Positions 1 through 8,444 of a stretch of DNA of 32,000 nucleotides are shown in pieces (position 1 is the first letter of the stretch; each line of letters opens with the position of its first letter). Both the position numbers and the translations under genes were made by a program. The stretch is taken from assembly GCA_002794465.1 (NCBI GenBank), contig MTSL01000165.1, forward strand, positions 1 to 32,000, given 5' to 3'. The notes under the pieces are model-generated. The model saw nothing but the letters and a program-made list of their open reading frames with translations, made no database searches and was not told where the DNA came from. The DNA is from Paramicrosporidium saccamoebae KSL3. Its lineage: Eukaryota > Fungi > Cryptomycota.

Positions 1-885
1 CTTCAGAGCCCTAGTAGAACCGACCATTTGAGGGGCAATATGATCAGTGTCTGCATAGAGCTTGGGAATAGACTCGATAATTTGGTCAAGAATTTTTTCT
101 GGTACGTACTTGTTTAGCCAATCACAATTCAGTGCAATTTCTCTCTTCGTGGCGGGATTAAGGAGGGAAAAGATGTTTATCGCATCATACTTGACGATGG
201 TTTCGTGCAATTCGCTACTGGAAACTGCAGAAAACCATGACTCGCTACCGATCGTAGTGTACAGTTTGTGGTTGTCTGCTTTGATACACATTTTCCAGAA
301 CTGCCCCCAATCAGATTGTTGTTGACTCCAAAATTCCTGGGCGACAATGTTTTTCCCGTAGAGCATGGCCCAATACCAGTGTTCCTGCTCCAGATCCTCC
401 CAAATATATGAATACCAAAGGCACCTCAGGACTTCGTAATATCCCATCTTTAGTGCTTCCTGCACTGCACCTTCTGGATTATTGAGGGCGGGGCACCAAG
501 TCATTAAGAACAAAGCTGAACGACAATACTCGGTCAATTTAGTATCATTGTTGGCGAGTACGCGGCGTCGTTCTAGTTCGAGTTGGAGTGCGGTAAGATC
601 CAAACTGCGACCGCTATCAATCAAAGTAGAAATCTCAGTAAGAGCATCAGCGCCTTCCAGTTCAGCATCATCAATTTCATTCTTATTCCCGGACGGCGCG
701 GCGAGGGTCAAACCATCGAAACTCGCAACCAACGTTCCAAGGCTTGAAGTTTTACCTATCTGCGACTGCGAACTGGTATGCTCCAAGTTGAATCCATCTT
801 TTTGAACGTCCTCCGGGTCGCCCTCAGAGCAATTGGCTTTTTGGGTCAAAAGTAGCAAGAACGGGATGACTGTTGACCACAACAT
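1..885 (-). CDS. Secreted ankyrin-like repeat family protein, paralog A (runs off the window start, so missing from the ORF track)
   Basis: Open frame from ATG at 885 to base 1 (295 codons, no stop): MLWSTVIPFLLLLTQKANCSEGDPEDVQKDGF...CPALNNPEGAVQEALKMGYYEVLRCL...HWYWAMLY...KADNHKLY...KYDAINIFSLL. Collinear with 1168..3282 (MLWPTAIPFLLLLTQKANCSEGDPKDIQKDGF...CPHL...CYEILKCL...HWFWSMIY...KSDNAKLY...KCDASNIFAIL). Confidence 0.85.
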   Translation of the reverse strand, partial: MLWSTVIPFLLLLTQKANCSEGDPEDVQKDGFNLEHTSSQSQIGKTSSLGTLVASFDGLTLAAPSGNKNEIDDAELEGADALTEISTLIDSGRSLDLTALQLELERRRVLANNDTKLTEYCRSALFLMTWCPALNNPEGAVQEALKMGYYEVLRCLWYSYIWEDLEQEHWYWAMLYGKNIVAQEFWSQQQSDWGQFWKMCIKADNHKLYTTIGSESWFSAVSSSELHETIVKYDAINIFSLLNPATKREIALNCDWLNKYVPEKILDQIIESIPKLYADTDHIAPQMVGSTRALK

Positions 886-1119
886 GAACTATTTTGTCGT
901 AGTGTCACGGGCGGTACCAAACGCCACGTAGCCGAGTGAGTAGAAAGTGAGAGGTAGGTTAGCTCCTAGTAGCTGCCGAGGGCTGGATCCTCCTTTATGG
1001 CTTTCTTGAAGGATTTTTAATTTGCCATATCAGATCATCCTCCAGCCCCGCTGCTTTCGACTCGCTCAATTCATCGCTGATGCATCATTGGATGGATTTC
1101 GCGCTCAATGACATGGCAT
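791..1119. repeat. Direct duplication (copy A) of the signal-peptide region plus upstream region of the ankyrin-like genes; copy B is at about 3188-3461
   Basis: 791-885 vs 3188-3282: 6 mismatches in 95 bp. Similarity continues upstream of both ATGs (GTGTCACGGGCGGTACC, CGCCACGTAGCCGAGTG, TAGCTGCCGAGGGCTG, GACTCGCTC, ATCATTGGAT, ATTTCGCGCTCAA). Copy A has an extra 53 bp (1005-1057). Confidence 0.9.
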
Positions 1120-1167
1120 TCAATCTGCCTGATAAAACTCGCATTGTTATAATTGTTATCCCGCCCT

Positions 1168-3282
1168 TTATTTGTGTAGAATTTTGCTCTTTTTATCGGC
1201 GATCCATCTTAGGGTTTCTTTGTCTTTTGAACATACCGTTGTCGGAAGAATTTTGTAGGTTCTCCACATCCATTCCAAAATGACATACTTTTCTGCTTCT
1301 GTGCATGCCGCTGCAGAATTAGAAATTTCTACATCACGCAGCAATTCTGGATTGATTTCATGTATCGCCATCAGATAGTCTATTCTACCATTCATTGCAG
1401 CCGTCTTTGCGAGTCCAATACCAATGGGATATCCTTTCCTGTGCAACCAGCGGAGAACTTGTACATGACCATACTCAGATGAGCTTGACACCATCATCGA
1501 AAGCATCTCTTTAGCATGCACCGAACTAATCCAATCGAGCACTTCCAGGTACATGTCTTCAGATAGCCGCTCAAGTGACCAATGCAGCATTTTCGAGTTT
1601 GACAGAACATTATTGGGAAGATTGTAAAAGATCCATTTCACAATCTCCAGTCTGCCTCCTCGGAGAGCAGCGACACTGTACTGATCTGCATAAGTCACAC
1701 TCTTAGTATATAAGATAGGGCGCAGCGTGGGAATTGCGTTGGGACAGATCTTATGGAACCATTGCAAAACAGGCAAGTGACCATTTCGACAAGCACGTAC
1801 CACGAATTCGTCTTTCGGTAAAGACTTGCTTGGCTGTTCATAAATCCATTGGAGAATATGAACTTGTCCAAGTACGGCGGCGACATTTGCCACACTTGTC
1901 AGTACGCGTCTATCCACGGGTGGGCCATATTTCTTGCTTAGTTTTTTCAGATCCCCATCGAATATTAGGAACAAATGCCGGACTCTGCGATTCCATTTGA
2001 TATCGTTTCGGAGTCGAAGCTGCGGAATAATCTTGTACAATCCAGGGCCTGCGTCGGGGTCACTTAACTCTTCGTTCCAATCAATCAGATGGCCGAACAT
2101 GGTAAGCATCCAAGTAACAATGTCTGGTTTCTCAAAATAGATGGCAGCAGATACCAGCCATGCGTATGGCTCCGTAGGGTCGTTTGCTATAAGCAGCCAT
2201 TTCAAGACATCCAAGTTGCCGTTCTTTATGGCAAGTCGTTCGAGACCACACCGTTGAGTAAAATTAAGATGCGCTGGGAATAGTGCTTTCAGCAATGCCA
2301 GGCAGTCATGTTTGACCAGCCAGCGTACATAAATGTTACGAATCTCCCGCTGACCTTTTTTTAGTTTCAGACTGAATTTCGGAACTTGAAAGTGGCCGGC
2401 ATGGAAGAGATATTGTAATACCTCAACCGAGCTAATCGTCTGAGGAGCAATGCGACTAGTGTCGGCGTCTAAATCCTGAATAGAAACAATGATCCAGTCA
2501 ATAATGTTTGCTGGCGCGTATTTGTTTATCAAATCGGCATTCATTGCAATCTCTCTTTGCATGTCGGGGCTGAGAATGGCGAATATATTACTCGCATCAC
2601 ATTTGATTATCACGCTGTGCAGCTCGTTCTTTGGAATGCTCTGCATAAATTGTAAATCGGTCATGTCTATGTAAAGTTTAGCATTATCCGACTTGATTAT
2701 CATGTCCCAATGTTTGAGCCAGTCAAATTCTTGCCGATCCCAAATAGATTGATCAAGAGCGGGGGTATTATAAATCATGCTCCAAAACCAATGCTGTTGT
2801 GTTGGACTTTTCCAGAGCAAGCAACGCGCAAGGCACTTTAAAATCTCGTAACATTCGGTCCTGAGTGCTGTAGGCACTGCAACTGTGAGGTTGGAGAGAT
2901 GAGGGCACCCTGTCATCAAGTTCACTGCATAACGATAGTGCTCGGCAATGGACTCTGGGTGATCTCCTGCGCGTCTACGACTCGTCTCAAGCCGAGAATT
3001 GAGTTTGCGAAGATCCTTGCTGTGATCCGTGGTAACTATTATATCTTGGTAGGAAGCAAAGTTACCATTCTCGACTTGCGTAGTAAGGGTGAGCTTAACA
3101 ACCGATTCGGTCAGAACGGGAAGACTGTCATCAGTTTCAACAGACGTGGTGCCCATCGGAGGCTGCAGTTTGGTATTTTCTATGCCAAATCCATCTTTTT
3201 GAATGTCTTTCGGGTCACCCTCAGAGCAATTGGCTTTTTGGGTCAAAAGTAGCAAGAACGGGATGGCTGTTGGCCACAACAT
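1168..3282 (-). CDS. Secreted ankyrin-like repeat family protein, paralog B (704 aa)
   Basis: Hydrophobic N-terminal signal-like segment. The C-terminal half has repeated A-x-x-x-G-x-L-x-x-L-x-W units (AIKNGNLDVLKWLL, AAVLGQVHILQWIY, ACRNGHLPVLQWFH, ALRGGRLEIVKWIF, SSEYGHVQVLRWLH). Intronless. Confidence 0.85.
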   Translation of the reverse strand: MLWPTAIPFLLLLTQKANCSEGDPKDIQKDGFGIENTKLQPPMGTTSVETDDSLPVLTESVVKLTLTTQVENGNFASYQDIIVTTDHSKDLRKLNSRLETSRRRAGDHPESIAEHYRYAVNLMTGCPHLSNLTVAVPTALRTECYEILKCLARCLLWKSPTQQHWFWSMIYNTPALDQSIWDRQEFDWLKHWDMIIKSDNAKLYIDMTDLQFMQSIPKNELHSVIIKCDASNIFAILSPDMQREIAMNADLINKYAPANIIDWIIVSIQDLDADTSRIAPQTISSVEVLQYLFHAGHFQVPKFSLKLKKGQREIRNIYVRWLVKHDCLALLKALFPAHLNFTQRCGLERLAIKNGNLDVLKWLLIANDPTEPYAWLVSAAIYFEKPDIVTWMLTMFGHLIDWNEELSDPDAGPGLYKIIPQLRLRNDIKWNRRVRHLFLIFDGDLKKLSKKYGPPVDRRVLTSVANVAAVLGQVHILQWIYEQPSKSLPKDEFVVRACRNGHLPVLQWFHKICPNAIPTLRPILYTKSVTYADQYSVAALRGGRLEIVKWIFYNLPNNVLSNSKMLHWSLERLSEDMYLEVLDWISSVHAKEMLSMMVSSSSEYGHVQVLRWLHRKGYPIGIGLAKTAAMNGRIDYLMAIHEINPELLRDVEISNSAAACTEAEKYVILEWMWRTYKILPTTVCSKDKETLRWIADKKSKILHK

Positions 3283-3929
3283 GGACTATTTCGTCGCAGT
3301 GTCACGGGCGGTACCAGACGCCACGTAGCCGAGTGGGTAGAGGGTAGGACTTAGACCGACTACTAGCTGCCGAGGGCTGATTCTCTTTTATGGCTTTTGA
3401 CTCGCTCTATTCATCGATGAAATATCATTGGATTAATTTCGCGCTCAACGAGATATGGCATCATCTAACCTGTCTGGGAGCAAACTAAAGTTTGCCCTTT
3501 GCCGAGACTACTACCGAGTACTACTGGTGAAAGACACTGAGTAAAGAGCACTGCCCTGAATAAATGAAAGAAGAGGCAATTTTAGGATATTCTTGAGCAG
3601 AGACAACATTGCAGGTCATGCTGTGATCCAAATATAGTGACTTGAGAGGAAAGTTCTGTGCTAGGCAATACCATTAAGACATGGCGGACCTATTAGCCGC
3701 ATCTGCTGTACAATTGGCCATGTTCAAGAGGGGGTCCTAATGAGGAGGATTTGGTTTTATAAATAAAGCAAGTATTTAATAGAACCAGCTTTTTAGCGCG
3801 TGGGATTACCGCATGTAGGATATAAAGACACTCCGGGATGAAGGCATTACGGATGTCTTGGTTGGCACTGAGCCAAACATGTTGTTTCCGTGAGTAACAC
3901 TGGGGATCAGCTTTGGCTTTTACTGCCAT

Positions 3930-4060
3930 TGTCACGTAGTGGGGATAAAACCACCGACGGGAAGGGGGGTTGTTCGCTGCTAATCCTAGAATGGTATGGA
4001 TACACATCTCACTGTCCTCAAATACCCAGCAACTAATCAACCCTCTGCCTCTACGTCAGA
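3930..4060 (-). mobile_element. Solo-LTR-like element, copy 1 (131 bp)
   Basis: Minus-strand ends TCTGACGTAG...TTATCCCCACTACGTGACA, flanked by the 4-bp direct repeat CCAT (3926-3929 / 4061-4064). Shares exact blocks with copy 4: GACGGGAAGGGGGGT, CTGCTAATCCTA and AACCCTCTGCCTCTACGTCA. Confidence 0.7.
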
Positions 4061-4249
4061 CCATAATAATGATCGTAGAAAGGGTAGCATGATAAATTAT
4101 GGCCTGATTATCTGTATAATCCTCAATAGTAACTGACTCTAATCATCACACGATGCAAAGTCTTTAAACTACACATTATCAACATTGCTAATTTCTAATC
4201 ATGGATGTCTTGGCATTATTACTCATTCCGGATATACCCTGGCTAACGA

Positions 4250-5725
4250 ATGGCTTCGGAAGTGACGGAAAACTTGGCAACCATGAGTTTGGAGCGTTTC
4301 GGCACCATCCCCACTACCTTTGCCAGCATCCCGCATGGTGCAGAGATTAAGAGCATGTCTGAAATTGACCCGGTGGCAGACATTGGGAAGCGCGTGACAC
4401 TGCGGGCCAGACTGCATAATGTGCGTGGAACGGCAAAGAATGCATTCCTAGTGCTACGAGAACGCCATATGGCCATCCAAGCCGTCTTTTTTGTGGGCGA
4501 AAATGTCACAAAGGAAATGGTTAAATTTGCAGCAAACATTACCAAAGAATCGATTGTGGATGTGGGGGGTGAATTGGTGAGCAGCACAGTAAAGAGCGAG
4601 CTGATTTCTTTCAAGACCTGCGAACTGCGAGCTGACATGATTTGGATTGTTAGTGCGGCAGGAGAACGTCTTCCCTTCCAAATTGATGATGCAGCTCGTG
4701 CTGAGGAGGCATCTGCCCCGGAGGAGACTCCCCTGCCCCGTGTGAATCTTGACACTCGTCTGAACAATCGCTGCGTAGATCTGCGCACTCCAGCCAACCA
4801 GGCCATTTTCCGGATGCAGGCGGGTATTTTGGAGATTGCCCGCGAATTTATGCAACGGCATCGATTCCAGGAGCTCCATACGCCAAAGCTGATTAGCGCA
4901 GCGAGCGAAGGAGGTGCAAATGTGTTCAAAGTGAGTTACTTCAAGAGTGACGCCTTTTTGGCACAATCGCCGCAGTTCTACAAGCAAATGGCCATCTGTG
5001 CCGACTTTGAGCGTGTCTATGAGGTGGGACCCGTGTTCCGTGCGGAAAACTCGTTTACCCATCGGCATATGACTGAATTCACCGGACTCGATTTGGAAAT
5101 GACATTCAAGACGGACTATCACGAGGTGGTGGATATGCTTGCTGCCATGCTGAATTTCCTTTTTGAGCAGCTACCAATCCGATTTGCCAAGGAGATGGAG
5201 GTGATTCGAGCCCAATACCCATCCAGCGAGTTTACCTTTTTGGAAAAGCCGCTGGTGTTGAATTACCGCGATGGAGTGGCAATGCTGCGTGAGGCGGGAG
5301 TAGAGATGGAGGACTATGAAGACTTGAGCACGGAAAAGGAACGCCGCCTGGGACAGCTGGTGAAGGAAAAATATGGAACCGACTTTTACATTTTGGACAA
5401 GTATCCTTTGTCGGTGCGTCCATTCTACACGATGCCGGCGCAAGAAGAGGGCTACAGCAACTCGTATGACGTGTTCATGCGTGGCGAAGAGATTATGTCG
5501 GGAGCCCAACGTATCCACGATGTGACAATGCTGGAGGAACGGGCACGTCATCACGGAGTCGACATGAAGACGGTGGAGGGATACATTGATGCGTTCCGCC
5601 ACGGAGTACCGCCTCATGCGGGTGGAGGCATTGGTCTGGAACGTGTACTAATGTTGTTTATGGATTTGAAGAATATCCGCAAGACTTCCATGTTCCCTCG
5701 TGACCCCAACCGCATTACCCCCTAA
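4250..5725 (+). CDS. DPS1: Cytosolic aspartyl-tRNA synthetase (491 aa)
   Basis: OB-fold anticodon domain (RLHNVRGTAKNAFLVLRE). Class II motifs HTPKLISAASEGGANVF, LAQSPQFYKQ, FRAENSFTHRHMTEFTGLDLEM, SGAQRIHD and PPHAGGGIGLER; ends FPRDPNRITP. Intronless. Confidence 0.97.
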   Translation: MASEVTENLATMSLERFGTIPTTFASIPHGAEIKSMSEIDPVADIGKRVTLRARLHNVRGTAKNAFLVLRERHMAIQAVFFVGENVTKEMVKFAANITKESIVDVGGELVSSTVKSELISFKTCELRADMIWIVSAAGERLPFQIDDAARAEEASAPEETPLPRVNLDTRLNNRCVDLRTPANQAIFRMQAGILEIAREFMQRHRFQELHTPKLISAASEGGANVFKVSYFKSDAFLAQSPQFYKQMAICADFERVYEVGPVFRAENSFTHRHMTEFTGLDLEMTFKTDYHEVVDMLAAMLNFLFEQLPIRFAKEMEVIRAQYPSSEFTFLEKPLVLNYRDGVAMLREAGVEMEDYEDLSTEKERRLGQLVKEKYGTDFYILDKYPLSVRPFYTMPAQEEGYSNSYDVFMRGEEIMSGAQRIHDVTMLEERARHHGVDMKTVEGYIDAFRHGVPPHAGGGIGLERVLMLFMDLKNIRKTSMFPRDPNRITP

Positions 5726-5812
5726 GAGTATGTTGGGGTATGTGGGGGAGTATAGTTGAAGTATGGTTGGAGTATGGCTGGAGTATGGTCGGGGTATGAG
5801 TATTAAAGTATG
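5726..5812 (+). repeat. Degenerate ~11-bp minisatellite (GGAGTATGGTT-like) directly after the AspRS stop codon
   Basis: GTAT cores at 5728, 5738, 5750, 5761, 5772, 5783, 5794, 5800 and 5808; spacings are mostly 10-12 nt. Confidence 0.7.
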
Positions 5813-5995
5813 CGAAAAGAGTAATCCATGCTAGTTGACAGTAAAGAGAGCAGCATAATAATCATTTGCCAAATTCATTACAATGTCAGAGATTTTTCCT
5901 AAAGACTAGAGGGTTTACTGATATGGCGGTACGATAGGGATAAAATGCCGCTGTACTGGATCCGATAATTTATTAATGAACAAACTAAAACCTTG

Positions 5996-7267
5996 CTAGG
6001 CCTTGGTAAGATATTCTTCGTATTTGCGATAATGTTCCTGGTTCCGCTGCAGAATGGGCATGACAGGACCCAGCAATCGGATGAAATCGGCTTTGCTGAG
6101 AGTGACACATTTGACATCAGTGACGGCACGTACGGTGGCAGCACGGGGAGCGTCATAGATCAGAGCAAGTTCGCCGAAATAGTCGCCGGGACCGATTTTG
6201 GCAACCTCAACCTGTCCCTCTCCATTGCCCATAGTGACAACAGCAGCACCGGTCTCGATAATGTAAAATTCGTGACCCGTCTCTCCCTGTTGCACAATGG
6301 CGGCGTCGGTGGAAAACTGGGCAGGTTGTAAGGCGTCGCAGATGCGATAGAGTTCGCTGTCGTGCAGTGTATGCAGCAGCGGCACAGAGCGTAGGAAACC
6401 TTCATAGAGTCGTCGTTTGCGGAACGACAAATCAATTACAATTCCCCGAAAGGTGGCCCGATCGACAGCCCATACCACCGAATCCTCCAACGCCTTTACC
6501 GTGGCCAATCGTGGACTGCCGTACATTAGCGCCAACTCACCAAAGGTATCACCTGCACCGTATTCCACCATTTTTTCGCCATCCTTTAGTACCACAAAAT
6601 GTCCAGAGTTGACAGTGTAGAAATAGTCGCCTTCGTCGCCCTGGCGGATCAATTCCACATCCTTTGGAACGCGTTTCTCAAACATGGCGTCAATAATCTG
6701 TGCTAATTGTTCCTCATCCAAATTGCGGAACAATAAACTGTCTTTCACAGCCTCGCGGATACGGCGTTTGGTGGCTTCGTCCTTTTCAATGACCACGCGG
6801 TGGAATTGGCGCTGTTCCGACGGAGTGTACGGTTCGGCACTAATGCTGTACCGACGCCCCGCATTAAAGCCCTGCGGATATCGCACCGGTCCACCCGACA
6901 CTGCTCGGGCTGCCTCATCACGTGCCGTTTCTGACCATCCCGCCGTACTCGGTGCTTCGTCCAATGCGCGCTTACGTTCTGCCGCGCTGTCCCAATTGAA
7001 GGCGGCAAAGTCTTCTTCGCATGAGTGCGTCGTTTCGGTGTGGAACGGTCGTGAAGGCTTTGACGCCTGACACAGCGCCGTCTTGAACACTTCTTCGTAG
7101 TTGGAAACGGAATGGCCCTGTTCGCGTCGTTGCACCAACGACTCCAGCGCCGTCACTGCACTCAATATCGGTCGTTCCGGTTGCTGTTGTGCCAGCACCT
7201 TTGTCAGTTCCTTAAAGAGGCGTTCCAAGTCATGCTTGGCTATATAGTCGGCACTGCCACCTTCCAT
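5996..7267 (-). CDS. cAMP-dependent protein kinase regulatory subunit (Bcy1/Cgs1-like, about 423 aa)
   Basis: Likely start is the ATG at 7267 (MEGGSADYIAKHDLERLFKELT..., docking/dimerisation-like). Inhibitor site RRYSISAE. Two cNMP-binding domains with the cassettes FGELALMYGSPRLATV and FGELALIYDAPRAATV. Confidence 0.95.
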   Translation of the reverse strand: MEGGSADYIAKHDLERLFKELTKVLAQQQPERPILSAVTALESLVQRREQGHSVSNYEEVFKTALCQASKPSRPFHTETTHSCEEDFAAFNWDSAAERKRALDEAPSTAGWSETARDEAARAVSGGPVRYPQGFNAGRRYSISAEPYTPSEQRQFHRVVIEKDEATKRRIREAVKDSLLFRNLDEEQLAQIIDAMFEKRVPKDVELIRQGDEGDYFYTVNSGHFVVLKDGEKMVEYGAGDTFGELALMYGSPRLATVKALEDSVVWAVDRATFRGIVIDLSFRKRRLYEGFLRSVPLLHTLHDSELYRICDALQPAQFSTDAAIVQQGETGHEFYIIETGAAVVTMGNGEGQVEVAKIGPGDYFGELALIYDAPRAATVRAVTDVKCVTLSKADFIRLLGPVMPILQRNQEHYRKYEEYLTKA

Positions 7268-7304
7268 ATCCGTCCCTGGCCCCAAGGGGGGTGATTTGGA
7301 AGGG

Positions 7305-7419
7305 GAATAATGGGTGGGGAGCAACAAACTGTGAGTAATCGGCAATGAATAATGGGTGAGAGAGTAACAAATAGTGAGTAATCAGCAATGAATAGTGGGT
7401 GGGTGAGTAATCAGAAAAT
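7305..7419. repeat. Degenerate ~42-43 bp tandem repeat (about 2.7 copies) upstream of the PKA-R start
   Basis: Units start at 7305, 7347 and 7390. Each begins GAATA(A/G)TGGGTG and contains GTGAGTAATC(G/A)G. Confidence 0.7.
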
Positions 7420-7652
7420 GTGAATCCAATCATCAATTAATGGATCTACCAATTTCATGCTTCAGGGTTTGGTTCATGTATATCATTTCAATCTATACAC
7501 TATTCGTATCAGCGATAGTATCTATATACCATTACATCATTTATGAAAGTTCTATTGCTCGCATTGTTTATCAATTGCATTCTACTAGTACTTTACTCAT
7601 TCCCCTCCCCAATCATTCGCCCACAGACGTCGCTCTAATTTATTGTACACGT

Positions 7653-8315
7653 TTATTGAAATACGGCCTTGTGCCACGCATCAAACGGTTGTCGATCACC
7701 CACCAGTTTTGCTTGGCGTCCTTCCCTCCACACTAACCACAGAACAGCCAAATTCAATGCCAATCCCACACATTCGGCCACCAATAGCAGCGTTGCGGGC
7801 ACCAACATTACCGTTAGGCTTTCTTCATATTGTCCCTTCATCAGTTCATAACATCCCATCTCCTCTGCGTATTTGGTGCACGGCTCTTGGATGCGGTCTG
7901 TGTAGTTGTGGAAACCACAGCATTGTCCCCATGATTCGATTTGCAGAATAGTTCCATTGTCAGAGTCCATCCAGACGCGGTCCAGGTATCCCTCCACCTC
8001 TGGATCCTTCATGCTCATGCCCACCGAGGAAACTCCCCAGATTGTCACTCCAATGGCCGCCAGCATGAGTAGTGAATAACCCACCAACGCCGGTGAGTTT
8101 CGGTCATTCGTCGCTCCCACCGCCCCCAGCGCCGTCACAAACATCAGAATAATGCCCAGCACCAGACCACCGATGAGGATGGCGCGCGGCGCAATGGCGA
8201 GAATGGGCGACGTCGCCAATAGCGTCAACGACAGGATGGCCATGGCGAGTCCCGCACACGCCAGCATCACTTGGTAGAAGAAGACTACGCGTCGAAAGTT
8301 GAGCACCGTAAACAT
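7653..8315 (-). CDS. Tetraspanin-family membrane protein (220 aa)
   Basis: Four hydrophobic segments; the large loop between TM3 and TM4 carries CCG (WGQCCGF), PC and GC cysteine motifs. Confidence 0.85.
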   Translation of the reverse strand: MFTVLNFRRVVFFYQVMLACAGLAMAILSLTLLATSPILAIAPRAILIGGLVLGIILMFVTALGAVGATNDRNSPALVGYSLLMLAAIGVTIWGVSSVGMSMKDPEVEGYLDRVWMDSDNGTILQIESWGQCCGFHNYTDRIQEPCTKYAEEMGCYELMKGQYEESLTVMLVPATLLLVAECVGLALNLAVLWLVWREGRQAKLVGDRQPFDAWHKAVFQ

Positions 8316-8444
8316 GGATGCAGTGAGTCAATTGGTGAGTCGTATGCCGCAATGCCAAGATTGTCTATTTATGGGAATGCAACACAACAATCGCAGAATG
8401 GGTTTCATTGGTTGAAATATTATATTGGATAATGTTGGGAACTA

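Noticed and set aside
903-1113. TGTCA...TGACA-bounded segment in the duplicated ankyrin promoter as a second LTR family
   Set aside because: There is no target-site duplication (GTAG vs TGGC), the right end is not preserved in copy B, and the homology extends into the CDS, so gene duplication explains it.
3693-4040. 115-aa minus-strand ORF
   Set aside because: Its 5' third lies in element copy 1, and there is no motif or paralog similarity.
4243-5617. Antisense and alternative-frame ORFs over AspRS, and similar ones elsewhere (e.g. 15839..16453, 16759..17379, 25319..25942, 9024..9527)
   Set aside because: They are shadows of real genes on the opposite strand and have no recognisable motifs.
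6495-6550. PRLAT instead of PRAAT in PKA-R cAMP site A
   Set aside because: The essential Glu and Arg of the cassette are intact; a single substitution is not enough to claim altered ligand specificity.
7268-7345. Long N-terminal extensions in the ORF track (PKA-R to 7345, POB3 to 10157, Rac from 10842, 16446, 18702, 23913, VMA5 to 29096)
   Set aside because: Downstream ATGs coincide with the start of the conserved domain or signal peptide. The extensions look like UTR or repeat sequence.
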